In this document: one piece after another, positions 17,664 to 26,323 of the stretch
Layout of the letters: each line of letters starts with the position of its first letter
Numbering within the stretch: position 1 is the stretch's first letter
From: Chthoniobacteraceae bacterium
Lineage (GTDB): Bacteria > Verrucomicrobiota > Verrucomicrobiia > Chthoniobacterales > Chthoniobacteraceae
Reading direction: 5' to 3'
DNA length: 64,000 nt
Assembly: GCA_031409335.1 (NCBI GenBank)
Contig: JANNWY010000325.1
Location: 1 to 64,000, forward strand
Translations under genes and position numbers: made by a program
Notes under the pieces: model-generated
What the model was told of the DNA's origin: nothing
Seen by the model: the letters and a program-made list of their open reading frames with translations, nothing else
Database searches by the model: none

Positions 17664-19133
17664 TCAACTTTGGTTGAAGGTTATCAGTCTGTAGGGAAGG
17701 GATTCTTCGCCATTGGGAAAAAGATGGCCGCCCATGTAAACGAGGGCTTCGACTTGAAAATTGTGCATCGGTCCACCGCGCTTTAGCGTGGTAAAGAACG
17801 ATGGCTCCACGAAGAGCCGCCGTTGTTCACTTCGGCTTACGCCTGAAGTGTGGCTCCCGTTTGCCGGACGGGTTCCGTCGGTTTGGGACTGCCCGATATT
17901 GGTGCTGGTGATTTTCAGCCAGCGTTCGCCCAAAAGTTTGGAGGCCCATTCGTTGGTCTCGCCGCTGCCTTGGCAGAAGAACTTTGTCTGCAAATTCCCG
18001 AGCAGGGAATCAACCGCGTCTGCGTTGCCCAAAACGCGCCGGTAGCTCTCCCTGTTTTGCGTCAGATACACCGTGCATCCGGCGGCGGATCGCGCGACGG
18101 CCTGATATTCCGCGTCAAACTTGGTCACAAAGTTTTGCGCCTCGTCGGCCCACAGGAAAACGGGTCGCAGGTGTTTGTTGCGCTTTATCGGCGGCGTGCG
18201 CCTGAGCACGGCGACTTGGAAGCAGAATTTCCACGCCAGATTGGCGATGCGTCCGGCGAGCCGATATTCTTGAACGGGCAAATCAACGATGATGATTTTC
18301 CCGTCGAACGTGTCCTCTGGCTTGATGTTGGTGTCCGTGGAAAAGATCGTTCGCAGTGGCCGCGTGATGAGCGGACGCGCCAGCATCGAGAATGATAAAT
18401 TGATAATGCTGCGGGTCTTTTCCGAAAGGAGCGGATACTCCTTCATCCAGTAGTTGCGGCACTCTTCAAAATCGGCGCGAACTTCTGGCCTGCCGTTTAT
18501 CGTGGCGTTGTCCGCCTCGCGGACGACCGCTGCGCAAGTGCTGGTTTCCTGCCACTGCGGATCGTCGATCTGCTCAAGATTGTGGGGCGCTGTGTTCACG
18601 ATCGAACGCATCAGCGGCAACGAAACTTGCAGTCCAGCGAAGATGGGCAAATCCACCAGATTGGTGTTCATGTGATGCAGGGCGTCTTCCCAAAACTTGT
18701 TGTCTCCACTGCCGCCATCGGATGATCCGCCTGAACTTGCGATAGCTCCGGCGATTTCATCGAGGATGGCGACAATGTTGATCGTCAGCCCTCCTCCTGC
18801 CTCCGGCCTCGACGCCTCCCAATCGAGGAAATTGAACCGCCATTTTCCTTCGCCGTCGATGATGACGAGATCTTTGTGTCGGCCTGTTTCTTTTGCCCAC
18901 TGCTCCCACTGGCGGCGTTCTTCTTTCTTGGCGCACAAGACTAACCCGCCGCATCCGGCGGCAAGGTAGCCGTATGCTAAATTCTTTGCGGGTCCGCTGG
19001 TCTTACCGCTGCCGGTAGCACCAAAAACACACACGCCTGCTTTTGCGTCCTCGATGCGGAAGGCGTGCCCATTTCCCCAGTCACGTAACTTGGTTTGCGG
19101 ATCGAATTCATGCGTGCGTTTAAGGCTCCACAT
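17664..19133 (-). CDS. Type IV coupling protein-like ATPase (TraD/VirD4/TraG family)
   Basis: Walker A GATGSGKT, FLWADEAQNF, YLTQN, LGNLQTKFF; start uncertain. Confidence 0.85.
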   Translation of the reverse strand: MWSLKRTHEFDPQTKLRDWGNGHAFRIEDAKAGVCVFGATGSGKTSGPAKNLAYGYLAAGCGGLVLCAKKEERRQWEQWAKETGRHKDLVIIDGEGKWRFNFLDWEASRPEAGGGLTINIVAILDEIAGAIASSGGSSDGGSGDNKFWEDALHHMNTNLVDLPIFAGLQVSLPLMRSIVNTAPHNLEQIDDPQWQETSTCAAVVREADNATINGRPEVRADFEECRNYWMKEYPLLSEKTRSIINLSFSMLARPLITRPLRTIFSTDTNIKPEDTFDGKIIIVDLPVQEYRLAGRIANLAWKFCFQVAVLRRTPPIKRNKHLRPVFLWADEAQNFVTKFDAEYQAVARSAAGCTVYLTQNRESYRRVLGNADAVDSLLGNLQTKFFCQGSGETNEWASKLLGERWLKITSTNIGQSQTDGTRPANGSHTSGVSRSEQRRLFVEPSFFTTLKRGGPMHNFQVEALVYMGGHLFPNGEESLPYRLITFNQS

Positions 19134-19246
19134 GGGAAGTGGACAACCGCACGGAGCGTGCCACGCACCGGCAAACTTTGCCGGTTGAGCCGCGGTGACT
19201 GCTGCTGGCGGCAAATTTGGACTGGCATTTTCTGCCTGGAAAAAGC

Positions 19247-19473
19247 GGGGGTTTTCAGGGGCGGCACGTCCTTGATGGCGGGTTCCAAGGGTGCAATCCT
19301 TTGGGCAGGGATTTTAAGGGCGGCACGCCCTTGCACGCGGCGTGCCTAACGCCCGTGAGAGCTGGTTCCAAGGGGGCACCCCTTGGTCGGGTTCGTAAGG
19401 GCCGATGCCCTTAACTGAGCGGTGGCGACCGCTCACTAAGCTGGGGTCTAGGGGGCGGCTTCGGAGCCCCCTG
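19247..19473. repeat. Tandem array of GGGTTY-AAGGG-Nn-CCCTT hairpins (candidate oriT/ssi region)
   Basis: Six to seven consecutive short hairpins in the intergenic gap between the divergent T4CP and nuclease/relaxase genes. Confidence 0.7.
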
Positions 19474-19690
19474 CGAGGTATGTTGCGGCTGCAACATATA
19501 ACCTCGCCATTCCTCCTCTCGCCTGTCGGCTCGCTCCGCAACGGGCTGTGGTGCTCGCTGGCGCTCGCGGCATGTTGTTGTGGGACCGCGCACGGTCATC
19601 AAGAAGGCCCACGGCAGAATGGGCCAACGTGGGAGTAGCAAAAAAGAATCGTGTTTATGCGGATCGCCCGCTGATAGAGGAGCACGACGA

Positions 19691-20428
19691 ATGAAATGGT
19701 TTTTGCCGGTCATCGCGTTCATCCAACTCGTCACGATTGAAGCGGCGGCAAATGCCGATAGTTCCGCTCCAATCCACTCGCGCAAATTTGTGCGTCTTAA
19801 TGACTGTGAATTTGTTTCGACCGAATACGCAGACGGCGATTCGTTCCGTGTGCGGACGGCGCGAGGCGAGTTTGTGTTTCGCCTTTACTACGTGGACGCT
19901 CCCGAATCAGACGAACGGTTTCCCGACCGAAACCGCGAGCAAGCGCAGTATTTCGGCATCACTCCGGCAGAGTCGGTGGCGTCGGGGAAAGCGGCGGCGA
20001 AGCTCATGCGAGATACACTCACGGGAAAGAAAATAACGGTCTATACGCGCTGGTCGTCGGCGCTCGGATCGAGCCGCCTTCCCCGCTTTTACGCCGTCGT
20101 CGAAGTGGACGGGCGCGGCCTGTCCGATGTGCTCGTTGAAAATGGTCTGGCGCGTCTTCATGGCGTTAGCGTGAACCATCCCGACGGACGAAAAGCGCCC
20201 GACTACATCGCGACACTTCAAACGCTGGAGCGTGAAGCCAAGGCGCAAAAGCGCGGTGCTTGGGCGAACTCACGTCCAGAGATAGAAGACTCCTCGATGG
20301 TTGAAACACCGGAGGTCATGGAGGCATCGCCCTGGCTGGAGCGAATCGGATTTGCCGGTGCCGGTGCGGCAATCGTTGGGGCCGGTTGGCTGCTGACGAA
20401 ACGCCGTCGTCGGCTGCACAGTCACTAA
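19691..20428 (+). CDS. Thermonuclease (SNase) family protein with signal peptide and C-terminal anchor
   Basis: DGDSFRV, RLYYVDAPES, LVENGLAR, EREAKAQKRGAW; terminal TM helix followed by KRRRR. Confidence 0.87.
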   Translation: MKWFLPVIAFIQLVTIEAAANADSSAPIHSRKFVRLNDCEFVSTEYADGDSFRVRTARGEFVFRLYYVDAPESDERFPDRNREQAQYFGITPAESVASGKAAAKLMRDTLTGKKITVYTRWSSALGSSRLPRFYAVVEVDGRGLSDVLVENGLARLHGVSVNHPDGRKAPDYIATLQTLEREAKAQKRGAWANSRPEIEDSSMVETPEVMEASPWLERIGFAGAGAAIVGAGWLLTKRRRRLHSH

Positions 20429-20609
20429 GTCGCGACTCTCAATAATCCGCGGGCGAAGCATCGCCTTTTCTTTGCGGTGCGAGCCATGAGCAATTTGTCA
20501 GATAGATAAAATGCTCTGTAACCCGCACTCACCCTCATTCTCCGAGACATTGCGATAATTTTTTGATATACTGTTCGTAATAGAGTTTGGCGCACGACTG
20601 GTAGCGCAC

Positions 20610-21521
20610 ATGGCAATGTTCAGGTTAGAAGCGAAGATTTTCAGCCGCGAGAAGCGAGGGCGCTCCGTGATCGCTGCTGCCGCTTATCGGGCGGGCGTGA
20701 AACTCAAGGACGAGATTCGGGACAAAATCTTTGACTACGCGCGTAGAAGTAAGGGCGTAGTGGACACGACGATATTAGCGCCCGAAGGCGCTCCGGCGTG
20801 GGCGACGGATTCCAATAAATTGTGGAATGCCGTCGAAGCGGGAGAGAAGCGCGTCGATGCGCAGCTCGCCCGCGAATTCATTTTAGCGGTTCCGCCGGAA
20901 CTGCCGGCGGACGCTCAATTTCAAACGGCGGTCGATTGGGCGCAAACGCACTTGGTCAGCTCCGGCGTGACTGCCGAAGTCTCCCTTCATCACACCAAAA
21001 CGGGAAAGAATCCTCACGTTCACATTCTCTGCACCATGCGCAGATTCGACGGAGACAAGTTCAGCACCAAGAAAGCGACGGAATGGAATGATGTCGGCTT
21101 GCTGGTGAAACAACGCGAATCCTGGGCAGAGGCGGTGAACACCGCATTAGAAAAAGCGGGACGCAGTGAGCGTGTGGATCACCGATCTTTGAAAGAGCGG
21201 GGAATTGACCGCGATCCCGAGCCGAAAATCGGCGTGGCAGCCACCGCCATGAAACGCCGTGGCGTGGAAGCGGACCCTGATCGCTTTCAATTGGTCCGGC
21301 GCGTCAAACTGCTCAACGAGGTTCGCCCGATGATGAAATCCATCAAAGGGCATGGCGAAGTGAAACAAAAGGGGATGGGTGCAACGTGGTGGGAAAAATC
21401 CATCGTATTCATGTCGCGAGTCCGCGAGCAGACCGCACATGCGGTCAAAGACACATGGCGAAAGCTGTTTGACGCGCGGCGGGTAAGAGACGACAAAAAC
21501 GGGCCACAACATGAGATGTGA
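20610..21521 (+). CDS. mobA: MobA/MobL (MOBQ) relaxase
   Basis: SVIAAAAYRAG, LWNAVE..EKR..AQLARE, H..NPHVHI, VDHRS motifs. Confidence 0.93.
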   Translation: MAMFRLEAKIFSREKRGRSVIAAAAYRAGVKLKDEIRDKIFDYARRSKGVVDTTILAPEGAPAWATDSNKLWNAVEAGEKRVDAQLAREFILAVPPELPADAQFQTAVDWAQTHLVSSGVTAEVSLHHTKTGKNPHVHILCTMRRFDGDKFSTKKATEWNDVGLLVKQRESWAEAVNTALEKAGRSERVDHRSLKERGIDRDPEPKIGVAATAMKRRGVEADPDRFQLVRRVKLLNEVRPMMKSIKGHGEVKQKGMGATWWEKSIVFMSRVREQTAHAVKDTWRKLFDARRVRDDKNGPQHEM

Positions 21522-21527
21522 TGCGCT

Positions 21528-21866
21528 ATGGCGATACCTGAGCATATAAAGCGGCGTTCAATGGACGCGATTTCTCACCGAGAAACGCAGGCCCAACGGT
21601 TGTTGTTTTGGCGGGTCGTCGCTCCCAAATCGGCATCTCCTGTAAAGTCTCACGGGCTAATTCCGGCTGCGACGAAGCGCTCGGCAATGGATGCCATCAC
21701 GAATGCGGCGACGGTCGCTCAGAAGGGGATGATTAAAGCAACGGGCGGCATCGCTCTTTATACGGCGCACATTCGGCAAATGGATCAAGAGAATCGTCGG
21801 GATGCCATGTTGCGCAAAATGAGCAAGCCGCACGATAAAACGAGGGAAGGATTAGTGAGGGAATAG
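21528..21866 (+). CDS. Hypothetical protein
   Basis: 112-aa ORF in operon with the relaxase. Confidence 0.55.
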   Translation: MAIPEHIKRRSMDAISHRETQAQRLLFWRVVAPKSASPVKSHGLIPAATKRSAMDAITNAATVAQKGMIKATGGIALYTAHIRQMDQENRRDAMLRKMSKPHDKTREGLVRE

Positions 21867-21868
21867 CA

Positions 21869-22303
21869 ATGAACGACCCCCTAGCACAATTTCGGAAAAA
21901 GCCGCTTATTCCGGGTGCGCAAATGAAGCCGCCCATCGGGACGGATGAGTATGTGGCGTTTGATGCGAAAGACAAAGTGGATCGCCTAAAAATCAGGCGA
22001 GCGAACGATCCGACACGCTCGCCCGGATACGCCTATCTCTTGGACATCGTGTATGACGGAACTTATGGGACAAACTTCGTCCTCGTTTACACCTTCTTGA
22101 TGGTGCTAGTCCGTGGGAAGAATTTGCAAGGTCTCACGTCCGCACTGGAAATGGGCACGGTGGATTTCATTCAGGAATTCGATCCTGACAGGTGGCAAGC
22201 GCCGAGAGACGACAAAGCGCCGTTCATCGAGTCAATCGAAGTGGTGGTGCAGGAAAATGGATCGAATTCCGAAAATGACGGCTCCGGTAACACGGTGCAT
22301 TAG
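21869..22303 (+). CDS. Hypothetical protein
   Basis: 144-aa ORF with GAGG upstream, in operon. Confidence 0.7.
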   Translation: MNDPLAQFRKKPLIPGAQMKPPIGTDEYVAFDAKDKVDRLKIRRANDPTRSPGYAYLLDIVYDGTYGTNFVLVYTFLMVLVRGKNLQGLTSALEMGTVDFIQEFDPDRWQAPRDDKAPFIESIEVVVQENGSNSENDGSGNTVH

Positions 22304-22345
22304 GAATTTGAAAATTGGTTTGGATGGTTTGGAAGGAGAGAGAAA

Positions 22346-22555
22346 ATGTTACACACGATTCCTGAAATCGGCTTTGTCCGACTTTCACAGATTTTGACGG
22401 TTATACCGGTGGGAAAAACCTGTTGGTGGGAAGGCGTTAAGACAGGGCGCTTTCCGAAGCCGATTAAACTTTCGGAGCGATGCACGGCGTGGAAGGCGGA
22501 AGATATTCACAGCCTCATAAAACAGCTTTCAGAGCAAACGCCTGGAAAACACTAG
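22346..22555 (+). CDS. alpA: AlpA-family regulator / recombination directionality factor
   Basis: FVRLSQIL..IPVGKTCWWEGVKTGRFPKPIKLSERCTAW. Confidence 0.9.
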   Translation: MLHTIPEIGFVRLSQILTVIPVGKTCWWEGVKTGRFPKPIKLSERCTAWKAEDIHSLIKQLSEQTPGKH

Positions 22556-22742
22556 ACGATGATAGAGGACCTTTTGTCTATTCCTCCGTCTTTTGTTAGA
22601 AAGGCATGAAAGTGGCGAGCAAACTGCAATAGCGTGGGGCCTTAACCCATTTTAGGAATCACGGACATGACAATATGCTTTTCATTAACTATATTTTATG
22701 ATTAGCTAAAATCCGTCACATTCATCAGTTTAAGGATTTTTT

Positions 22743-23165
22743 ATGGGTAATGACTTGGACCTCCCGCTAATAACTCCCCCATCGCCAGCCAGAATATGGG
22801 CGATGGATTTTTTAGAGAAAGTTTCTTTTAATCGCGTTCCCACCACGAACACCGAATGGAAGGCGCTAACGGGAGACGGTCAAAAGGTAAGGGCCTTGGG
22901 GAAGAAAGCGGTGCTTCCCAACACAACTGCCGATGATAAAGCACGCAATCGCGAAATTTTCGGATTGTTGCAAGGATTTGCGCAATGGTGGGACAAAGAA
23001 GGATTTAGTGCCAATGCAGCTACGGTTGATGAAGGGAGTCTGACCATGACAAATAATATGGTGTCAACGAATGTTGCTGGCGATCAATTTACTGTATCTT
23101 TAGACTTTGGAGCACAAAGGACCATCACTGGTTACCTTACCAAGCAAGGAAAAAGCCGCGGGTAG
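22743..23165 (+). CDS. Hypothetical protein
   Basis: 140-aa AT-rich ORF with AAGGA upstream. Confidence 0.6.
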   Translation: MGNDLDLPLITPPSPARIWAMDFLEKVSFNRVPTTNTEWKALTGDGQKVRALGKKAVLPNTTADDKARNREIFGLLQGFAQWWDKEGFSANAATVDEGSLTMTNNMVSTNVAGDQFTVSLDFGAQRTITGYLTKQGKSRG

Positions 23166-23255
23166 TGAACTTTCCACATCGGAAACCCTGGGTGTCGCTC
23201 CTGCCTTTGTCCTACAATAGTGATCTCATCGGCCCCACATGGGAGCGTAAATATC

Positions 23256-23519
23256 TGGGGGTAGATTTGGGGGTCTGCCCATTTCTAACAATGACGATTG
23301 TTTATCTTTTACAGATAGTTAGCTTATCATTGTGAATCCTATCTCCCCGACCATTTCATTAGCCGGACATGTCCGGCAACATCCTCCAAAGCAAGACTCG
23401 AAGCCATTCACAAGACGATAGTCGGTCGCTTGCGTCCGGTAGCCAATCGTTGACATTCGGGGGTAAATGGGGGTAGAATAATAACAGTTTACCCCCAACT
23501 GCTTATGGAGTTACCCCCA
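23256..23519 (+). other. attP-like site: tRNA-Pro 3' core flanked by arm-type repeats
   Basis: Core GAATCCTATCTCCCCGACCA at 23334-23353; GGGGGTA-type repeats at 23256-23276 and 23458-23476, inverted copies at 23489-23497 and 23511-23519. Confidence 0.75.
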
Positions 23520-24703
23520 TGCCTCTTACAAGCACGACAATCCGCAATGCGAAGCCAAAGAGCAAGCCTTTCAAACTATCAGACGGTGGCGGCCTTTTTC
23601 TCCTAGTCCAACCAAACGGGAAAAAGTGGTGGCGGTATAAGTATCGCTTTGCCGGAAAGGAAAAGCTGCTGGCTCTTGGCTCCTTTCCCGACGTTGCCCT
23701 TACGAAAGCGAGGGAGCTTCACCATGAGGCTCGCAAAACGCTGGCGGCGGGCTGCGACCCCAGCGAAGCAAGGAAAGAAGCCAAACGCCAAGTAGCAATT
23801 AAGGCCGAAAACGATTTTGAAACCATTGCGCGAGAATATCATGGGCAACACGTTCACGAGTGGACACCACACTACGCCAAGGACGTGCTCAATAGGCTCG
23901 AAACGCACCTTTTCCCGAAACTAGGGAAAAGGCCCATAGCCGATATTACCTCACTCGAAGTCTTAGAGGCTCTGCGCGTCATCGAGAAATCCGGTGCTTT
24001 AGATATGGCCCAACGGATGATGCAGACGTGCGCCCAAGTTTTTCGCTATGCCGTCACCACAGGGCGAGCCGAACGAAACCCCGTGACTGATTTGCGCGGG
24101 GCGCTTAAACCCCCAGTGAGAAAGCATCACTCATATTTAGATGCGAATCAGTTGCCTGACTATCTAAGAAATTTAGACGCTTATCCAGGCGCTACTCAAA
24201 CGAAGCTGGCACTCAAGTTCCTACTTCTGACATTCGTGCGCACAACTGAGTTGCGCGGTGCGGAATGGAAAGAAATCAATTTCGACAATGCCGATTGGCG
24301 AATTCCTGCCGAGCGCATGAAAATGAAAGACCCTCATATCGTGCCTCTGTCATGTCAGGCGATAGCTGTCTTAAAAGAGCTGCAAGCGCACACCGGCAAC
24401 CGAAAGCACCTATTTCCTAATCAGAATAAGCCGTCAACCTTCATGTCTGAAAACACGATGCTCTATGCCTTATATCGCATGGGCTATCATAGCCGCACGA
24501 CGGGCCACGGATTCCGAGCAACGGCGAGCACGATTCTAAATGAGAATGGCTTCACGCCGGACTTGATCGAACGCCAGCTTGCGCATTGCGAGCGCAATAA
24601 GGTGCGGGCGGCATACAATCACGCTCAATATCTGCCGGAACGTCGGAAGATGATGCAATGGTGGGCGGACTATCTCGACTGCGCCATACGGAAGAAGAAA
24701 TAG
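23519..24703 (+). CDS. int: P4-family tyrosine integrase (Arm-DNA-binding domain)
   Basis: KLSDGGGLFL, LALGSFP; catalytic R (VRTTE), HGFR, LAH and Y (AAYN). Confidence 0.96.
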   Translation: MPLTSTTIRNAKPKSKPFKLSDGGGLFLLVQPNGKKWWRYKYRFAGKEKLLALGSFPDVALTKARELHHEARKTLAAGCDPSEARKEAKRQVAIKAENDFETIAREYHGQHVHEWTPHYAKDVLNRLETHLFPKLGKRPIADITSLEVLEALRVIEKSGALDMAQRMMQTCAQVFRYAVTTGRAERNPVTDLRGALKPPVRKHHSYLDANQLPDYLRNLDAYPGATQTKLALKFLLLTFVRTTELRGAEWKEINFDNADWRIPAERMKMKDPHIVPLSCQAIAVLKELQAHTGNRKHLFPNQNKPSTFMSENTMLYALYRMGYHSRTTGHGFRATASTILNENGFTPDLIERQLAHCERNKVRAAYNHAQYLPERRKMMQWWADYLDCAIRKKK

Positions 24704-24750
24704 GCTACTCACGCAATTCAGCACTGTTTGAAATCAATGTCAGGCTCTTC

Positions 24751-24945
24751 GTCTCCTCGCCTTCGGCGTGACGCGGCCAACCTTTAGCCGGTAATACGCT
24801 TCGGGAAAGGCTGCTCACTTCCGCGCGAGTGCTTGTGCAGTTTCCCCCGCCCTGCGGCGCTACGCGGCCTTTCCCGAAGCGTTCTGAAACCGGCTCTTTC
24901 CCTCGCTCGCGTCACGCCACTAAAGGCGGACAGAAACGAGGAGAC
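24751..24945 (+). promoter_or_regulatory. Long fold-back 5' leader sequestering a Shine-Dalgarno sequence
   Basis: Nested pairs GTCTCCTCG/CGAGGAGAC, GGCGTGACGCG/CGCGTCACGCC, AGCCGGT/ACCGGCT, ACGCTTCGGGAAAGG/CCTTTCCCGAAGCGT. Confidence 0.75.
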
Positions 24946-24946
24946 C

Positions 24947-25042
24947 ATGACAACTCTTGATTTTGCAACACTGATTAGCGCGATTGCGCAACTCGTCACT
25001 GCATATGCTGCATTCATCGTCGCAACTCGCCGTCGAAGATAG
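24947..25042 (+). CDS. 31-aa hydrophobic peptide, candidate type I toxin
   Basis: MTTLDFATLISAIAQLVTAYAAFIVATRRRR preceded by a GAGGAG RBS. Confidence 0.6.
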   Translation: MTTLDFATLISAIAQLVTAYAAFIVATRRRR

Positions 25043-25048
25043 CTGCGG

Positions 25049-25273
25049 CTATCGCTCGGGTTCCGGCTCTGGTGGTTGCCGTCCCTTCCCTTTGGCGGCG
25101 TCTGGCGCGGACTTCGCAGCACGCGGCGTTTTTTGCTCCTGCGCGTATTGCTCGCGCACTGCTTCGCGCACAGTGTCAAGATTCTGCGCGGGATGCTCCT
25201 TGGCAAAACCGGCGCGTAGGCGCTCGCCCAGCTTTTGAAGGGCGGCTTCGGGGTCTGGTGTTTTCTTCGGCAT
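25049..25273 (-). CDS. Small hypothetical protein
   Basis: 74 aa, starts 2 nt after the sigma-factor stop. Confidence 0.55.
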   Translation of the reverse strand: MPKKTPDPEAALQKLGERLRAGFAKEHPAQNLDTVREAVREQYAQEQKTPRAAKSAPDAAKGKGRQPPEPEPER

Positions 25274-25275
25274 GG

Positions 25276-25836
25276 TCAGGCAACGAGTGATTTGGCTTGG
25301 TCAAGACAACGGCCAATCTTCATCCGCACATTGTCATAGCTGAGCTTCTGCTCCTCGGCAATTTCGGAGTAGTCGAGTCCAAGGACATAATGCTGCCAGA
25401 GGTATTCGCGGCATTCCGGTTTTGAAGCAGTCAGCAATTTCATCGCGTAGTCGAGGTCGTGCTTGTCCGCTGCTGAGAGCGGCGCACTTTGAGAAGACGC
25501 CTCAACCAATCGCCGAAGTTCCTTTTCCGACATCGGCTGCAAACGCTCATTCGCTTGGCGGCGGTATTGGTCGTTTATTTTGTGACGGGCGATGCCGTAG
25601 GCCCACGCCCAAAATTTCGCGGGGCTGTCACCGGCAAATTTTCCCAGCGAAGTGGCGACGGCTTTCAACACTTCCTGCAACACGTCATCGCTGGCGGGAG
25701 GACGAACGGCGTTGAAGACAAACATCCGCAAGCCTGGCTCAACCGTGCGGAAAATTTCTTCCGCGAGCCGGAGCCGCTCCGGCAGACCTGCCGTCACTCG
25801 GTAGGTGCGGACTAATTTCATGAGGTCGTCCGTCAT
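25276..25836 (-). CDS. ECF-type sigma-70 factor
   Basis: DDVLQEV..FWAWAYGIARHKINDQYRR (region 2); GLDYSEIAE..VRMKIGR (region 4). Confidence 0.85.
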   Translation of the reverse strand: MTDDLMKLVRTYRVTAGLPERLRLAEEIFRTVEPGLRMFVFNAVRPPASDDVLQEVLKAVATSLGKFAGDSPAKFWAWAYGIARHKINDQYRRQANERLQPMSEKELRRLVEASSQSAPLSAADKHDLDYAMKLLTASKPECREYLWQHYVLGLDYSEIAEEQKLSYDNVRMKIGRCLDQAKSLVA

Positions 25837-25934
25837 TGCGTGCAGCGTAAAATCCGCGGCTGTGCTCGGGCAAACGATTTCCGCGAATTTGTTTGTTCGG
25901 TTTTGGAGGTGAGAGCGGACTGAGCAGGCAATCC

Positions 25935-26252
25935 ATGAAATCGCAAAACCACGACAAGCAACTGCGCGACATCGCGCTTGAGGCCGTTTTGGAAAAGCGC
26001 CGTTTGGATCAGGCGCTCAACGCGAAAGAATTCGCGGTGTGCGCGGGCGTGTCCTATTCGACGGCGCGGAGCTGGTTTCGTCTGCCAGGATTTCCGGCGT
26101 TTCGCGGTGTGATCTTCTGGCAGGATTTCGCGCAGTGGCGGACGGCGCAAAACGCAATTCCTGCGAGGGCGACGGTCGCCGGTCCCGCCAATGAAGTGGC
26201 GGGTGGTAGCGCCCTGCCCGCTCGCGCGGCGCGAATTCTTCTCGAAGCGTAG
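25935..26252 (+). CDS. Excisionase-like HTH DNA-binding protein
   Basis: LNAKEFAVCAGVSYSTARSW..GFP..FWQDFAQW, a MerR/Xis-type pattern. Confidence 0.6.
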   Translation: MKSQNHDKQLRDIALEAVLEKRRLDQALNAKEFAVCAGVSYSTARSWFRLPGFPAFRGVIFWQDFAQWRTAQNAIPARATVAGPANEVAGGSALPARAARILLEA

Positions 26253-26323
26253 GCTTTCAGCAGTATCGGCACGCCGCGAAGTGGCGTTGCGGTTTTTTGC
26301 ATTCTCGGTAGCGTCCGCGCACC

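Noticed and set aside
23334..23353. Functional tRNA-Pro gene
   Set aside because: Only the T-arm 3' side and acceptor end are present; no D-arm or anticodon arm.
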